64,000 nucleotides of DNA from Armatimonadota bacterium (GTDB taxonomy: Bacteria; Armatimonadota; HRBIN16). The stretch's first letter is position 1. Every line of letters starts with the position of its first letter. The notes beneath the pieces are model-generated. The model had not been told where the DNA came from. It did no database searches and saw nothing but the letters and a program-made list of their open reading frames with translations. The stretch spans positions 1,152,001 to 1,216,000 of the forward strand of contig OY781964.1 of the NCBI GenBank assembly GCA_963677485.1. Direction: 5' to 3'. This document shows positions 50,188 through 59,011 of the stretch, in pieces. The position numbers were made by a program, and so were the translations under genes.

Positions 50188-50330
50188 CTGGTATCCTCCT
50201 GGGGCGCATGTCCAGCACCACTATATGCAACCTTCACGGTATACATCATTCGTCATAAATGCAGAGAAATTCGTCCCCTGCCCTATTATTATGGACTAAT
50301 ATTGAACTAAAGGTATAAATTGCACCATTT

Positions 50331-50373
50331 CATGCTGGGGCAGACGCATACTAAGCCGTCTATCCCCAGCATG
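50331..50373 (-). terminator. Hairpin after the aldo/keto reductase gene
   Basis: CATGCTGGGG...CCCCAGCATG stem. Confidence 0.55.
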
Positions 50374-50380
50374 ATAGAAG

Positions 50381-51385
50381 CTATATCAGCCCCAGAACCT
50401 CGTCGATCTGCTTTAGCTCTTGCTCGCTGAAGTCAAGTGATTTTAGTGTCGCGACGTTCTCGTCGAGTTGGTCCACACGGCTGACGCCAATCAAGCAACT
50501 GGTGACCGACGGCCGGCCCAGCAGCCAGGCCAGCGACATCTGAGCCAGGCTTTGTTCGCGGGCGGCAGCGATTTCGGAAAGGAGTTTCACCTTCACCATC
50601 ACTTCGTCGTTGATCTGTTCCTTCTTCAGGAAGCCGTGGGGTTTCGACGCCCTGCTGCCAGGTTCGATACCGTGTAGATACCGTCCGGTAAGCAGTCCCT
50701 GCGCCAATGGACAGAATGGGATACATCCGATGCCCTCTTGCAGCAGCACGTCGCTTAAGCCCTGCTCCACCCAGCGGTTCATCATGTTATACAGCGGTTG
50801 GTGGATGAGGCAAGGGGTGCCAAGGCGTTTCAGGATAGCCGAAGCCTGAGCGGTGCTCTCCGCGTCGTAGCTGCTGATGCCCACATACAGAGCTTTGCCA
50901 CTGCGCACGATGTAGTCCAGCGCGGCCATCGACTCCTCAAGAGGCGTCTCGGGATCTGGGCGGTGATGGTAGAAGATGTCTACATATTCCAGCCCCATGC
51001 GCTTTAAAGACTGATCCAGGCTGGAGACCAGGTATTTACGTGAACCCCAGTCACCATATGGCCCTGGCCACATGTAGTATCCCGCCTTGGTGGAGATCAG
51101 CATCTCGTCGCGGTAGGGACGAAGGTCATCGCGCAGCAGCTTGCCGAAGTTCTCCTCCGCGCTGCCCCCCACCGGACCGTAGTTGTTGGCCAGGTCGAAG
51201 TGGGTGATACCCAGATCGAAGGCATGTATCCCTAAATTGCGGATGTTATCATACTGATCGACACTACCGAAGTTATGCCACCATCCCAGAGAGAGTGCGG
51301 GCAACTTGAGGCCGCTCTTACCGCAACGGCGGTAGAGCATCGATTGGTAGCGATCGGCTGAAGCAACGGTTGGACCGTATGGCAT
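50381..51385 (-). CDS. Aldo/keto reductase, L-glyceraldehyde-3-phosphate reductase (YghZ/Gpr-like)
   Basis: 'YRRCGKSGLKLPALSLG.WHNFG', 'THFDLANNYGP', 'STKAGY.MWPGPYGDWGSRKYL'. Confidence 0.9.
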   Translation of the reverse strand: MPYGPTVASADRYQSMLYRRCGKSGLKLPALSLGWWHNFGSVDQYDNIRNLGIHAFDLGITHFDLANNYGPVGGSAEENFGKLLRDDLRPYRDEMLISTKAGYYMWPGPYGDWGSRKYLVSSLDQSLKRMGLEYVDIFYHHRPDPETPLEESMAALDYIVRSGKALYVGISSYDAESTAQASAILKRLGTPCLIHQPLYNMMNRWVEQGLSDVLLQEGIGCIPFCPLAQGLLTGRYLHGIEPGSRASKPHGFLKKEQINDEVMVKVKLLSEIAAAREQSLAQMSLAWLLGRPSVTSCLIGVSRVDQLDENVATLKSLDFSEQELKQIDEVLGLI

Positions 51386-51449
51386 TACAGAGACCTCCTG
51401 ACGGTTGTTAACTAGCTCCATCATACCCGATATGAGCTGATAGAAGATA

Positions 51450-51621
51450 CGGGGCGGGGGGAGGAGAACAGGAGGGAGGAGTGCAGGAGGGAGGAGCATC
51501 GCGTGCGGTTCCCACGGTATGTCAGACGTGTAGGATGAGTAGGACGAGTAGGACTGTCCCCTTCTGACTCCTCCCCTCCCGTCTCCTGACTCCTGCTCTC
51601 CTGACTTCTCCCCTCCTCCCC
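51450..51621. repeat. Purine/pyrimidine-skewed microrepeat block
   Basis: A CAGGAGGGAGGAG-rich tract faces a CTCCTGACT-rich tract, with GTAGGATGAGTAGGACGAGTAGGA between them. Confidence 0.6.
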
Positions 51622-53007
51622 CTACGAAATCTGCTTCCGCAGGCGGGCGATGAGGGCCGCCAGTTGCTGGTCGGTGGTAAGTTGAAGGTGAAGACGCTTC
51701 AAGCCGTTCATCACGGTGCTGTGGTCCTTGCCAAAAAGTTTGCCGATCTGACTAAGCGACATCTGTGCCAGCTCTTGAAGAAGGTAATAGGCGATGTATC
51801 GTGCCTGGATGGAGTTCTTGTCGCGTTGAACGCTCATCAACTTTTCACGCTCAATGCCGCACTGCTCGCAGACCGCTTTGAGTATCTTCTCATCACGCCG
51901 TGCTTCTGGTGCCAGGTCAATATAGTATTCTGTCAGCACGCTGTCCACCAACTCTGAAGTGATGGTGTGCCCCAGCAACTGCGCTCGTGCCATCACGGAG
52001 ACCATCACACCTTCCAGCGTCCGGATATTGCTCTCAATGGCGTTAGCCACTTGGTAGAGTATCTCCTTAGGCACCTGATACGCCTTTTGCTGACATAGGT
52101 TCGCCAAAATCGCCACCCGAGTCTCATAGTCAGGCGGGGCGATGTCCACTATCAACCCGGCCTCAAACCGGCTACGCAGCCTGCCGTCCAGGGCGGGAAG
52201 CTGTTTAGGCGGTCGGTCGCTGCATAGAACAACCTGCCGGCGATGCATCATCAACTCGTTGAAGATATGGAAGAACTCCTCATTCGTCTTATCTTTACCG
52301 GCGATGAACTGGATGTCATCCACCAGCCAAACCTCGATGATGCTCATCCGATGGACGAACGCATCCGTGGTGCGGTCACGCAACGACTGCACAAACTGCT
52401 GGGTGAACTTTTCGCCGGTGATGTAGCCGATGCGTATGTTGGGCCGCTCTTGCAGCAGGCGGTGCGCGATGGCATGCATCAGATGGGTTTTGCCTAGACC
52501 GTGGGAGCCATAGATAAAAAGAGGGTTGTACTTCTGCGCAGGTTCTTCGGCAACGGCACAAGCCGCGGCGGCGGCCAGCCGGTTGTTGCTGCCGGTAATA
52601 AATCGGTCAAACACGTAATCGTCGTTCAGCTCCAGTGGCTCTATGTTGTAGGCTGAGCGTTTGGGCCTTGCAGTCGGCTTGGTGAGCTGTTCGATGTCTG
52701 ACGGTTCGTCTTGCTTCTGGTCAGAAGGGCGCACCACAAACTCGATGGAGATATCCTCACCCAGTTGAGGTGCGAGGGCCGACTTGATGATTCCAGCGAA
52801 CTTGTTGGTCAGCCAGGTACGTGCAAAAGCGCTCGGGACGTTCAACACCACAATCCGCCCATTCATTCGCTCTGGGTTGATGGTCTTAATCCAACTGTTG
52901 TAGCTGGGCACACCGACCTTCAATTCCAGCTCATGCAACGCCGAGGTCCACGCCTTGCGCAGAGCCAGAAGCATTTCATTGTCGCCGAATTGAAGTTGGT
53001 CAGGCAT
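51622..53007 (-). CDS. dnaA: Chromosomal replication initiator protein DnaA (or paralog)
   Basis: 'YNPLFIYGSHGLGKTHLMHAI', 'LVDDIQFI', 'RLRSRFEAGL', 'NIRTLEG', 'IGKLFGKDHSTV'. Confidence 0.93.
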   Translation of the reverse strand: MPDQLQFGDNEMLLALRKAWTSALHELELKVGVPSYNSWIKTINPERMNGRIVVLNVPSAFARTWLTNKFAGIIKSALAPQLGEDISIEFVVRPSDQKQDEPSDIEQLTKPTARPKRSAYNIEPLELNDDYVFDRFITGSNNRLAAAAACAVAEEPAQKYNPLFIYGSHGLGKTHLMHAIAHRLLQERPNIRIGYITGEKFTQQFVQSLRDRTTDAFVHRMSIIEVWLVDDIQFIAGKDKTNEEFFHIFNELMMHRRQVVLCSDRPPKQLPALDGRLRSRFEAGLIVDIAPPDYETRVAILANLCQQKAYQVPKEILYQVANAIESNIRTLEGVMVSVMARAQLLGHTITSELVDSVLTEYYIDLAPEARRDEKILKAVCEQCGIEREKLMSVQRDKNSIQARYIAYYLLQELAQMSLSQIGKLFGKDHSTVMNGLKRLHLQLTTDQQLAALIARLRKQIS

Positions 53008-53096
53008 ATGTGGGTATCCATCCTATAAGCGTTGTGATTTGCAGATGACCGAAGAGGCCAGGAAATTGGGTTACCTCTATATGATAAGCTATATTC

Positions 53097-54839
53097 ATGA
53101 TCACCGCAGACTTATGTCAGACAGCTCGCGAAGTTGTCAGCCAATATCTGGTTAGCAGCGAATATTGCTATACAAACCATCAGCCGCTGGACCGTGAGCT
53201 TGTTTCAGACGCTTTGGCCCAGTACATTGGGACCCATCGTTCTGATGAAGAGACAGAGCTGATGGTGGCCCAATACCCCATTCTACTTGACTGCGAGATA
53301 TTTGCAAGCGATGATGGGGTGCCCCACATACAGCCGATCACTGGCACCCATCACCAGCGCAAACATGGAGCCTTCTACACCCCGACGGCCATGATCAGCC
53401 AGATTCTACAGCATATCATGCCAGCTGACCATGAACCCGAAAGCATCTGCGATCCGGCGTGCGGAACAGGTCTGTTCCTGACCCAGGCGGCCAGGCTCAT
53501 CGCTGAGCGGCGCAGCCGGAGGCTTGGCGAGCCATATGCGGTCGCGTTGCGTTGGGTGTTATGTCACTCGATCTTCGGAGTGGAGCTGGATGCGGGTGCT
53601 GCGAAACTGGCCCGGAGCCTGCTGTCGGCCATGGTCGATCATCATCCTGAAGCCATCAAGGCCCTTGAGGGGCATATCACCAATGCCGATGCGCTCTTGA
53701 CCAACTGGACACAGCAGTATGAACTGGTGGTTGGCAATCCACCTTATATCGACTCGGAGTCGATGATACGCCATCAGCCCGACGTGCGGCGCAAAATATC
53801 AGAGCGATACACCAGTGCCACCGGCAACTGGGATATCTATATTCCGTTCGTGGAACTGGCGATGAAGCTGACACAACCCGGCGGATACTTTGGGCTGATC
53901 ACCCCCGCCGGGCTGATGTACGCCCGTTATGCGGAAAGCATCCAAAACATGATTCTAGCCCAGACTACACCCACTGTCTATCTGGATTTTTCTCAGGCCA
54001 GGCCATTTGACAACGCGAGCGTAGAGGTCGGTGTGTTGGTCTGCCGTAAGGGACCATCCGGCTCGTGTGGTATGCTTCAGCGCGTGCGGTATGATATAAA
54101 GCTGCAGGTACTCGACCAGCAGTCGGCCCCTCTTTCCAGATTCCGTCAACTGCCCTTAGCTCCGCTGGGAGCCATTTGGGACATTGATAAGGTCAGCCTG
54201 CGCATATCTACGCTTCCCAACCGGCTGGGCGACTACCTGGTATGTTCAGATGGGGCATCAACCGGTGAGGCCTACCAGATTGCCGAATGGCTGATCGACC
54301 GCGACGCACTAGATGACGACCTCAGGCTGGTCAACACCGGCACCATTGACCCATACCGGCTGTTGTGGGGTAGCAAGCCGATCACCTACATCAAAAAGCA
54401 GATGCTTCACCCCGTGGTGCCCGCTGAGGTTCTACGCGAGAAGCTGCCACGGCGTTACGCGCAGGCCATACAGGCCAAAGTGGTCATGGCAGGCCTGTGT
54501 ACGCAACTTGAGGCGGCGGTGGCACCCGCGGGCGTGCTATGCGGCAAGTCGGCTGTGCAGGCCATTCCTGCAGCCGATGTGTGCGTCTACGCCGTCACGG
54601 CTTATCTGAACAGCACGCCTGTCCGCCGCTACATGAGCCAGATGCACGGCACCAGCCTGACCGGCAGGCGAGGCCTACAGGTCACCCGCCGGTCTATTGA
54701 GGCGGTCCCAGCCCCGCTGCTGTGCCATCTAGCCGACGGCAGCGCCCTGAGCCAGTTGGGCAGACAAGCGCACGCGCAAGGCTGCGATCAGCAGATGCAG
54801 GTTGCGGTTGACACGCTGGTGTTGGGGCTGCTACCATAG
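53097..54839 (+). CDS. N6-adenine DNA methyltransferase (gamma class, Eco57I/TaqI-like) with C-terminal target recognition domain
   Basis: 'GAFYTP', 'DPACGTGLFL', 'VVGNPPY', 'DIYIPFVE'. TaqI_C-like C-terminus. Confidence 0.85.
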   Translation: MITADLCQTAREVVSQYLVSSEYCYTNHQPLDRELVSDALAQYIGTHRSDEETELMVAQYPILLDCEIFASDDGVPHIQPITGTHHQRKHGAFYTPTAMISQILQHIMPADHEPESICDPACGTGLFLTQAARLIAERRSRRLGEPYAVALRWVLCHSIFGVELDAGAAKLARSLLSAMVDHHPEAIKALEGHITNADALLTNWTQQYELVVGNPPYIDSESMIRHQPDVRRKISERYTSATGNWDIYIPFVELAMKLTQPGGYFGLITPAGLMYARYAESIQNMILAQTTPTVYLDFSQARPFDNASVEVGVLVCRKGPSGSCGMLQRVRYDIKLQVLDQQSAPLSRFRQLPLAPLGAIWDIDKVSLRISTLPNRLGDYLVCSDGASTGEAYQIAEWLIDRDALDDDLRLVNTGTIDPYRLLWGSKPITYIKKQMLHPVVPAEVLREKLPRRYAQAIQAKVVMAGLCTQLEAAVAPAGVLCGKSAVQAIPAADVCVYAVTAYLNSTPVRRYMSQMHGTSLTGRRGLQVTRRSIEAVPAPLLCHLADGSALSQLGRQAHAQGCDQQMQVAVDTLVLGLLP

Positions 54840-54847
54840 GGTATCCC

Positions 54848-55123
54848 CCTGGGAACGCCAATCTCCTGATTGGCATATACCGTTTACTAGCACTCCCACA
54901 TGCATAAATGTCAGCGCAATATCCCTGTACCAACAGAGGCTGTCGATCACCCATTCCGCGACATGAATGTCTCGGAATCGGTGACCTACTGGCCATGCAA
55001 TATTTGTGGTTAATAAGCCGTGTCCTTCAGGGCGCTTGGCCTCATGCGTATATGCGCCTCAATCTGCGTAATCTGTGGATAAGATATACATCGGGAGGCC
55101 AATCAGGAGATTGGCGTTCCCAG
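54848..55123. repeat. Family C inverted repeats flanking a family A remnant
   Basis: CCTGGGAACGCCAATCTCCTGATTGGC (54848) is inverted relative to GCCAATCAGGAGATTGGCGTTCCCAGG (~55098). A third copy lies at ~38668-38699. Confidence 0.75.
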
Positions 55124-55141
55124 GGGCAATCCGCCTTCCAC

Positions 55142-56695
55142 CTACATAAAATACCCTGCCAGCCGCATCAGCAGCATGGGGTCGCCGTCGATCTTCATGG
55201 TCAGCATCAGCGTCATCAGGTCGGCTTTGCCAGTAGTGAAAAATCCGACCAAATCGTCGTAGTCAGCCCCAAGGGTCAAATCCGGCTTGGCCTCGGTGGG
55301 ACCATCCAGTAGCTGCAATTGGCTGTTCTTGATGGACATATCCCAGACTCCTGCGATTTTGCCCGAAAGGTTCATGCGCACCATCATACTCTCATCTTTG
55401 GCCTTGTCGGCCTTGAATCGCTTCTTTAGCATCGCCTGCACGCTCTCGGTCAGCGGTTTGATCGAGGCGGAGCTCACTTGCGTTTTAGGGCCTGCCATGG
55501 CGGCGTAGGCATCTGCCAGCAGTCGTGCGGTCTTGCGGCCAGTGGAGACGGTGGTCTCATACTTATACAGCGGGATGTCGTAGTCGGCCTCGCTCAGGAT
55601 ATACCCCAGCTCGTCGTTGGTCAGTCCCAGCACGACGTTGTATTTGCCCTTCATCATGCTTTGCATCTGCCAGCCTACGTTGGGTAATGCCTCACCGGGC
55701 ATCGCACAGAACTCTACAGGGCCCAGCGTGAGCCGGCTGATAACCGTCTTGATATTGGGCTCATCGGCGTGCTTCTCGGCAAACAGCCCCATCTTATTAC
55801 CCATGATGAACATGGCGTTCTCCAATGGGATATCGAGCTCAGTGGTCTGCAGCTTGATGACCGGCTCACTCACCTGTTCTGGAGTTTTCAATGCTTCCAT
55901 CGCCTTATCAGCCACGATTTCGCCATATATCTTCGTGTCGGCCAGATTGGTAGCCCCACGGAGTGTGGTGACCATCCCACCGAGCGCGCCGTTGGCGAAC
56001 ATCGCCATGCCGTAGCCGTTGGCCTCCAGCTTTTGCCGCATGAAGTGGGGGAAATCGCTGGTCAGCTCGTGCCCATACATCACCGACTCGGGATGGCATG
56101 CGAAGTTCACCCACACGGCGATCGCGCCGTTCGTTTCAGGGTTGATGAACTGCATGGCGACCAGGCTTGTGTCGAGGTTTTGAGGCACGCGGGGGTTTCG
56201 GCTGACCCCTTCCACTCCGGTGATGTGTGCGACCTTCATCACCGCCGGCCGCATGTTGGTGGCTGCCGCATCGATGCACAAGGCGATCTTCTTCTTGACA
56301 TCGGCGTACCAGGCTCGGTCTACGCCGCTTACGGTCTCACTGGGGCCCCACAGCCCCATGGAATCGGGGCCAGAGTGCGTATGGCTGCAGGAAATCAGTA
56401 TGTTGCTTTTCGGCACATTGGTCACGGCGTTACGGATCTCATCCACGCCGGGTTTGAACAGGCCGATCAAATCCACGCTGACAAGCGCTATCCGTGTTCC
56501 CTGTGATTCGATCACCAACGCTCTTGCTTCCACCGGATCATTCACCGACGTGGCGACACGGTTTTGGTTGGTACCTGCCAAGAACGGCATTTTCGATGGG
56601 GTAAGGTCAACCTTCGCGGTGCCCACCATCATAGGAGCCGCCATTACCGATGCGCTCAAGGCAGCCAGGGCCACTATCAAGAAGAAACGGGACAT
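55142..56695 (-). CDS. Secreted neutral/alkaline ceramidase-like hydrolase with C-terminal SCP2 (sterol carrier) domain
   Basis: 'DP..ARALV', 'SHTHSGPD', 'NFACHPE', 'PGE', 'NDELGY'. The tail 'KPDLTL...KIDGDPMLLMRL' is SCP2-like. Confidence 0.7.
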   Translation of the reverse strand: MSRFFLIVALAALSASVMAAPMMVGTAKVDLTPSKMPFLAGTNQNRVATSVNDPVEARALVIESQGTRIALVSVDLIGLFKPGVDEIRNAVTNVPKSNILISCSHTHSGPDSMGLWGPSETVSGVDRAWYADVKKKIALCIDAAATNMRPAVMKVAHITGVEGVSRNPRVPQNLDTSLVAMQFINPETNGAIAVWVNFACHPESVMYGHELTSDFPHFMRQKLEANGYGMAMFANGALGGMVTTLRGATNLADTKIYGEIVADKAMEALKTPEQVSEPVIKLQTTELDIPLENAMFIMGNKMGLFAEKHADEPNIKTVISRLTLGPVEFCAMPGEALPNVGWQMQSMMKGKYNVVLGLTNDELGYILSEADYDIPLYKYETTVSTGRKTARLLADAYAAMAGPKTQVSSASIKPLTESVQAMLKKRFKADKAKDESMMVRMNLSGKIAGVWDMSIKNSQLQLLDGPTEAKPDLTLGADYDDLVGFFTTGKADLMTLMLTMKIDGDPMLLMRLAGYFM

Positions 56696-56796
56696 TGGAT
56701 TCACCTCAATATCTATGACACTCACTTAATGTATACCAAATAATGAGCGGCTGTTACCGGTACCCATCTGTGGTGATCTTTTGTCCTTTAGTCGGA

Positions 56797-58719
56797 TCAG
56801 TCCCCCTGTGCCCCGAAAGTGGTGTCGATGATGACATAGTCGAATAGGTTGACCTTGCCATCGCCATCCAGATCGGCCATCGCATCGGAGGTGTTGAATT
56901 TGGAATCAATCACCACGAAGTCAAACAGGTTGATCTGGTTGTCGCCATCGGCGTCGCCGTTGGTGAGTGAGGTGTTGACGCTGTTCACGCCATTGACTAC
57001 GACGCCATCCACAACCCGTTTCAACCAGTGACCGCCACTTATGCTCAGACTGTAGACGCCGGGTTCCAGGCCGTTAATGGTTGCGATGCCGCCGCTATCA
57101 GGATGCAGCTTGCCAGTATACATGGCCGGACCGTTCATCGCGTAATCCTGCTGTATGCCGGTCAACGATCCGTTGTAGCCGCTGCCAGGGTTGATGGTGA
57201 TCGCTAAGCTGGTCAGTGCGTAGACAACAAAATTAGTCTCACTCGTCGCTGTGCCAGGAGGTGTTGTAATGGTGATTTTTCCCGTTGTGGCTCCAACTGG
57301 TACCACGCCCGTGATGAGTTGGGTTCCTGTACGGATATATCCGGGGACGGCAACGCCGTTGATCTTCATTTCATAAGCACCGAAGAATCCAGAACCGTGG
57401 ATGGCGATGGTGTCACCAACCTTGCCTTTCGGAGGTTCAATCGAAGAAATGGACGGTAACACGGTGAAATCAGTCGAACTTCGTGTTGATGCACCATTGT
57501 AGGCCATCGAGATTCGGCCTGTGGTGGCGTCCACAGGCACGACAGCCGTGACTGTGGTCTCATTATTGATCGTGAACGTGCCGGGGTAACCACCGAAGTA
57601 TACGGCCGTTACTTGGCTGCACAGCGTACCAGTGATAACCACCTGTTGTCCTGCTGCACCAATAGTCGGCAGGAAGGACGTGATAGTGGTGCCAGGAAGC
57701 ACGGTGAAGTCTGTGCTGCTGTCACCATATCCTGAGGGCGTATACACCGTGATTTTACCCGTAGCACCACCTTCAGGCACGTACGCACGAATTGAAGTAT
57801 CACTCACCACAGTGAAAAACCCGCCATATCCTCGGAAGGCTACACGCGTGGTACCAGTGAAGTTGCTGCCTGTGATGGTCACAATTGTGCCAGGTTGTCC
57901 ACTCGCGGGATCAAACGATGTGATTCTTGGCGCCACGCTGAAGTCGGTCTCACTTGTGGCAGTTCCGCTTGCCGTGGTCATGGTGATCTTCCCAGTGGCA
58001 GCACCGGCGGGTACGGTGGCATGGATTGTTGTGGAGCTATCTACCGTGTATACCGAGCTGACCCCGCCGAATTTCACCGCTGTGGTGCCTGTAAAAGACG
58101 TGCCTGTGATGGTGACCACTGCCCCCACCGGTCCAGACGACGGTGCAAATGATACGATGACTGGCAGCACTTTGAAGCTGATCGAACTAGTGGCCGTTCC
58201 TGACGGGGTTGTGACCGTGATCTTGCCTGTTTCCGCGCCTGCAGGCACCTTGGCTTTGATGGTTTTATAGTCAGCCACAGTATAATCGGTTGACACACCA
58301 TCAAATTTAACCAGCGTAGCTCCGGTAAAGGCTGAGCCACTGATGGTGACCATATCCCCCGCGACGCCTTTGGTTGGTGTGTAACTGGTGATGGTCGGTA
58401 AAACCTTAAAGTCGGTCGAACTCGTCGCGGTTCCGCTAGAGGTCGTCACTTTTATCTTGCCAGTCAATGCCTTGTCAGGCACTTCGGCTGATATTGACGT
58501 GACACTCTTAACCGTGAATATGGCCGAGACGCCGTTAAAGGTGACCGATGTGGTGCCGCCCAAACCTAACCCGGTGATGGTGACATCCACGCCGACAGGT
58601 GCTGCGATGGGATCAAAAGAGTTGATCACAGGGCTGGCTGCGTATGACGGCCATGCCATCACCATAAGTGCAGGTATCAATCGCCAGGCTGACGCCTTGA
58701 GGCTAACCATGCGAGACAT
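56797..58719 (-). CDS. Surface protein with about six IPT/TIG repeats and a C-terminal dockerin-like module
   Basis: Signal peptide, repeated 'P.I.SF.P..G..G..VTITG..F...A.TGKI...T..GTATS..DF', terminal 'GDADGDNQINLFDF...ADLDGDGKVNLFDY'. Confidence 0.85.
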   Translation of the reverse strand: MSRMVSLKASAWRLIPALMVMAWPSYAASPVINSFDPIAAPVGVDVTITGLGLGGTTSVTFNGVSAIFTVKSVTSISAEVPDKALTGKIKVTTSSGTATSSTDFKVLPTITSYTPTKGVAGDMVTISGSAFTGATLVKFDGVSTDYTVADYKTIKAKVPAGAETGKITVTTPSGTATSSISFKVLPVIVSFAPSSGPVGAVVTITGTSFTGTTAVKFGGVSSVYTVDSSTTIHATVPAGAATGKITMTTASGTATSETDFSVAPRITSFDPASGQPGTIVTITGSNFTGTTRVAFRGYGGFFTVVSDTSIRAYVPEGGATGKITVYTPSGYGDSSTDFTVLPGTTITSFLPTIGAAGQQVVITGTLCSQVTAVYFGGYPGTFTINNETTVTAVVPVDATTGRISMAYNGASTRSSTDFTVLPSISSIEPPKGKVGDTIAIHGSGFFGAYEMKINGVAVPGYIRTGTQLITGVVPVGATTGKITITTPPGTATSETNFVVYALTSLAITINPGSGYNGSLTGIQQDYAMNGPAMYTGKLHPDSGGIATINGLEPGVYSLSISGGHWLKRVVDGVVVNGVNSVNTSLTNGDADGDNQINLFDFVVIDSKFNTSDAMADLDGDGKVNLFDYVIIDTTFGAQGD

Positions 58720-59011
58720 ATGTATGCTCCAATCTGAGCGCCGCTGCAGCTGCTATAGTGCCGGCGGTCGTCACACTGCGGTCATCGTTTTATCAGCCGA
58801 TATGGTAAAGATGAGTGTATGGTATCATACACTTTCCGTATCCTGATGCCCCTATTATGGATCATTTTATGAATGCCTGTCAACCCTGCAGCGATGCCAT
58901 CTGCTCTATCAATCTGTTATGGAATTACCATAAACTAAAACTAGACTGATCGGATGATCCGGTAGCAACAACCGGACCCACAGAGCGTCTGCGAACCAGG
59001 GAGGACTCGAA

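Noticed and set aside
55074-55082. Perfect DnaA box TGTGGATAA about 2 kb from dnaA (another at 9168-9176)
   Set aside because: Single isolated copies. One is part of the ATCTGTGG microrepeat family and the other is inside a CDS, so there is no oriC-like cluster.
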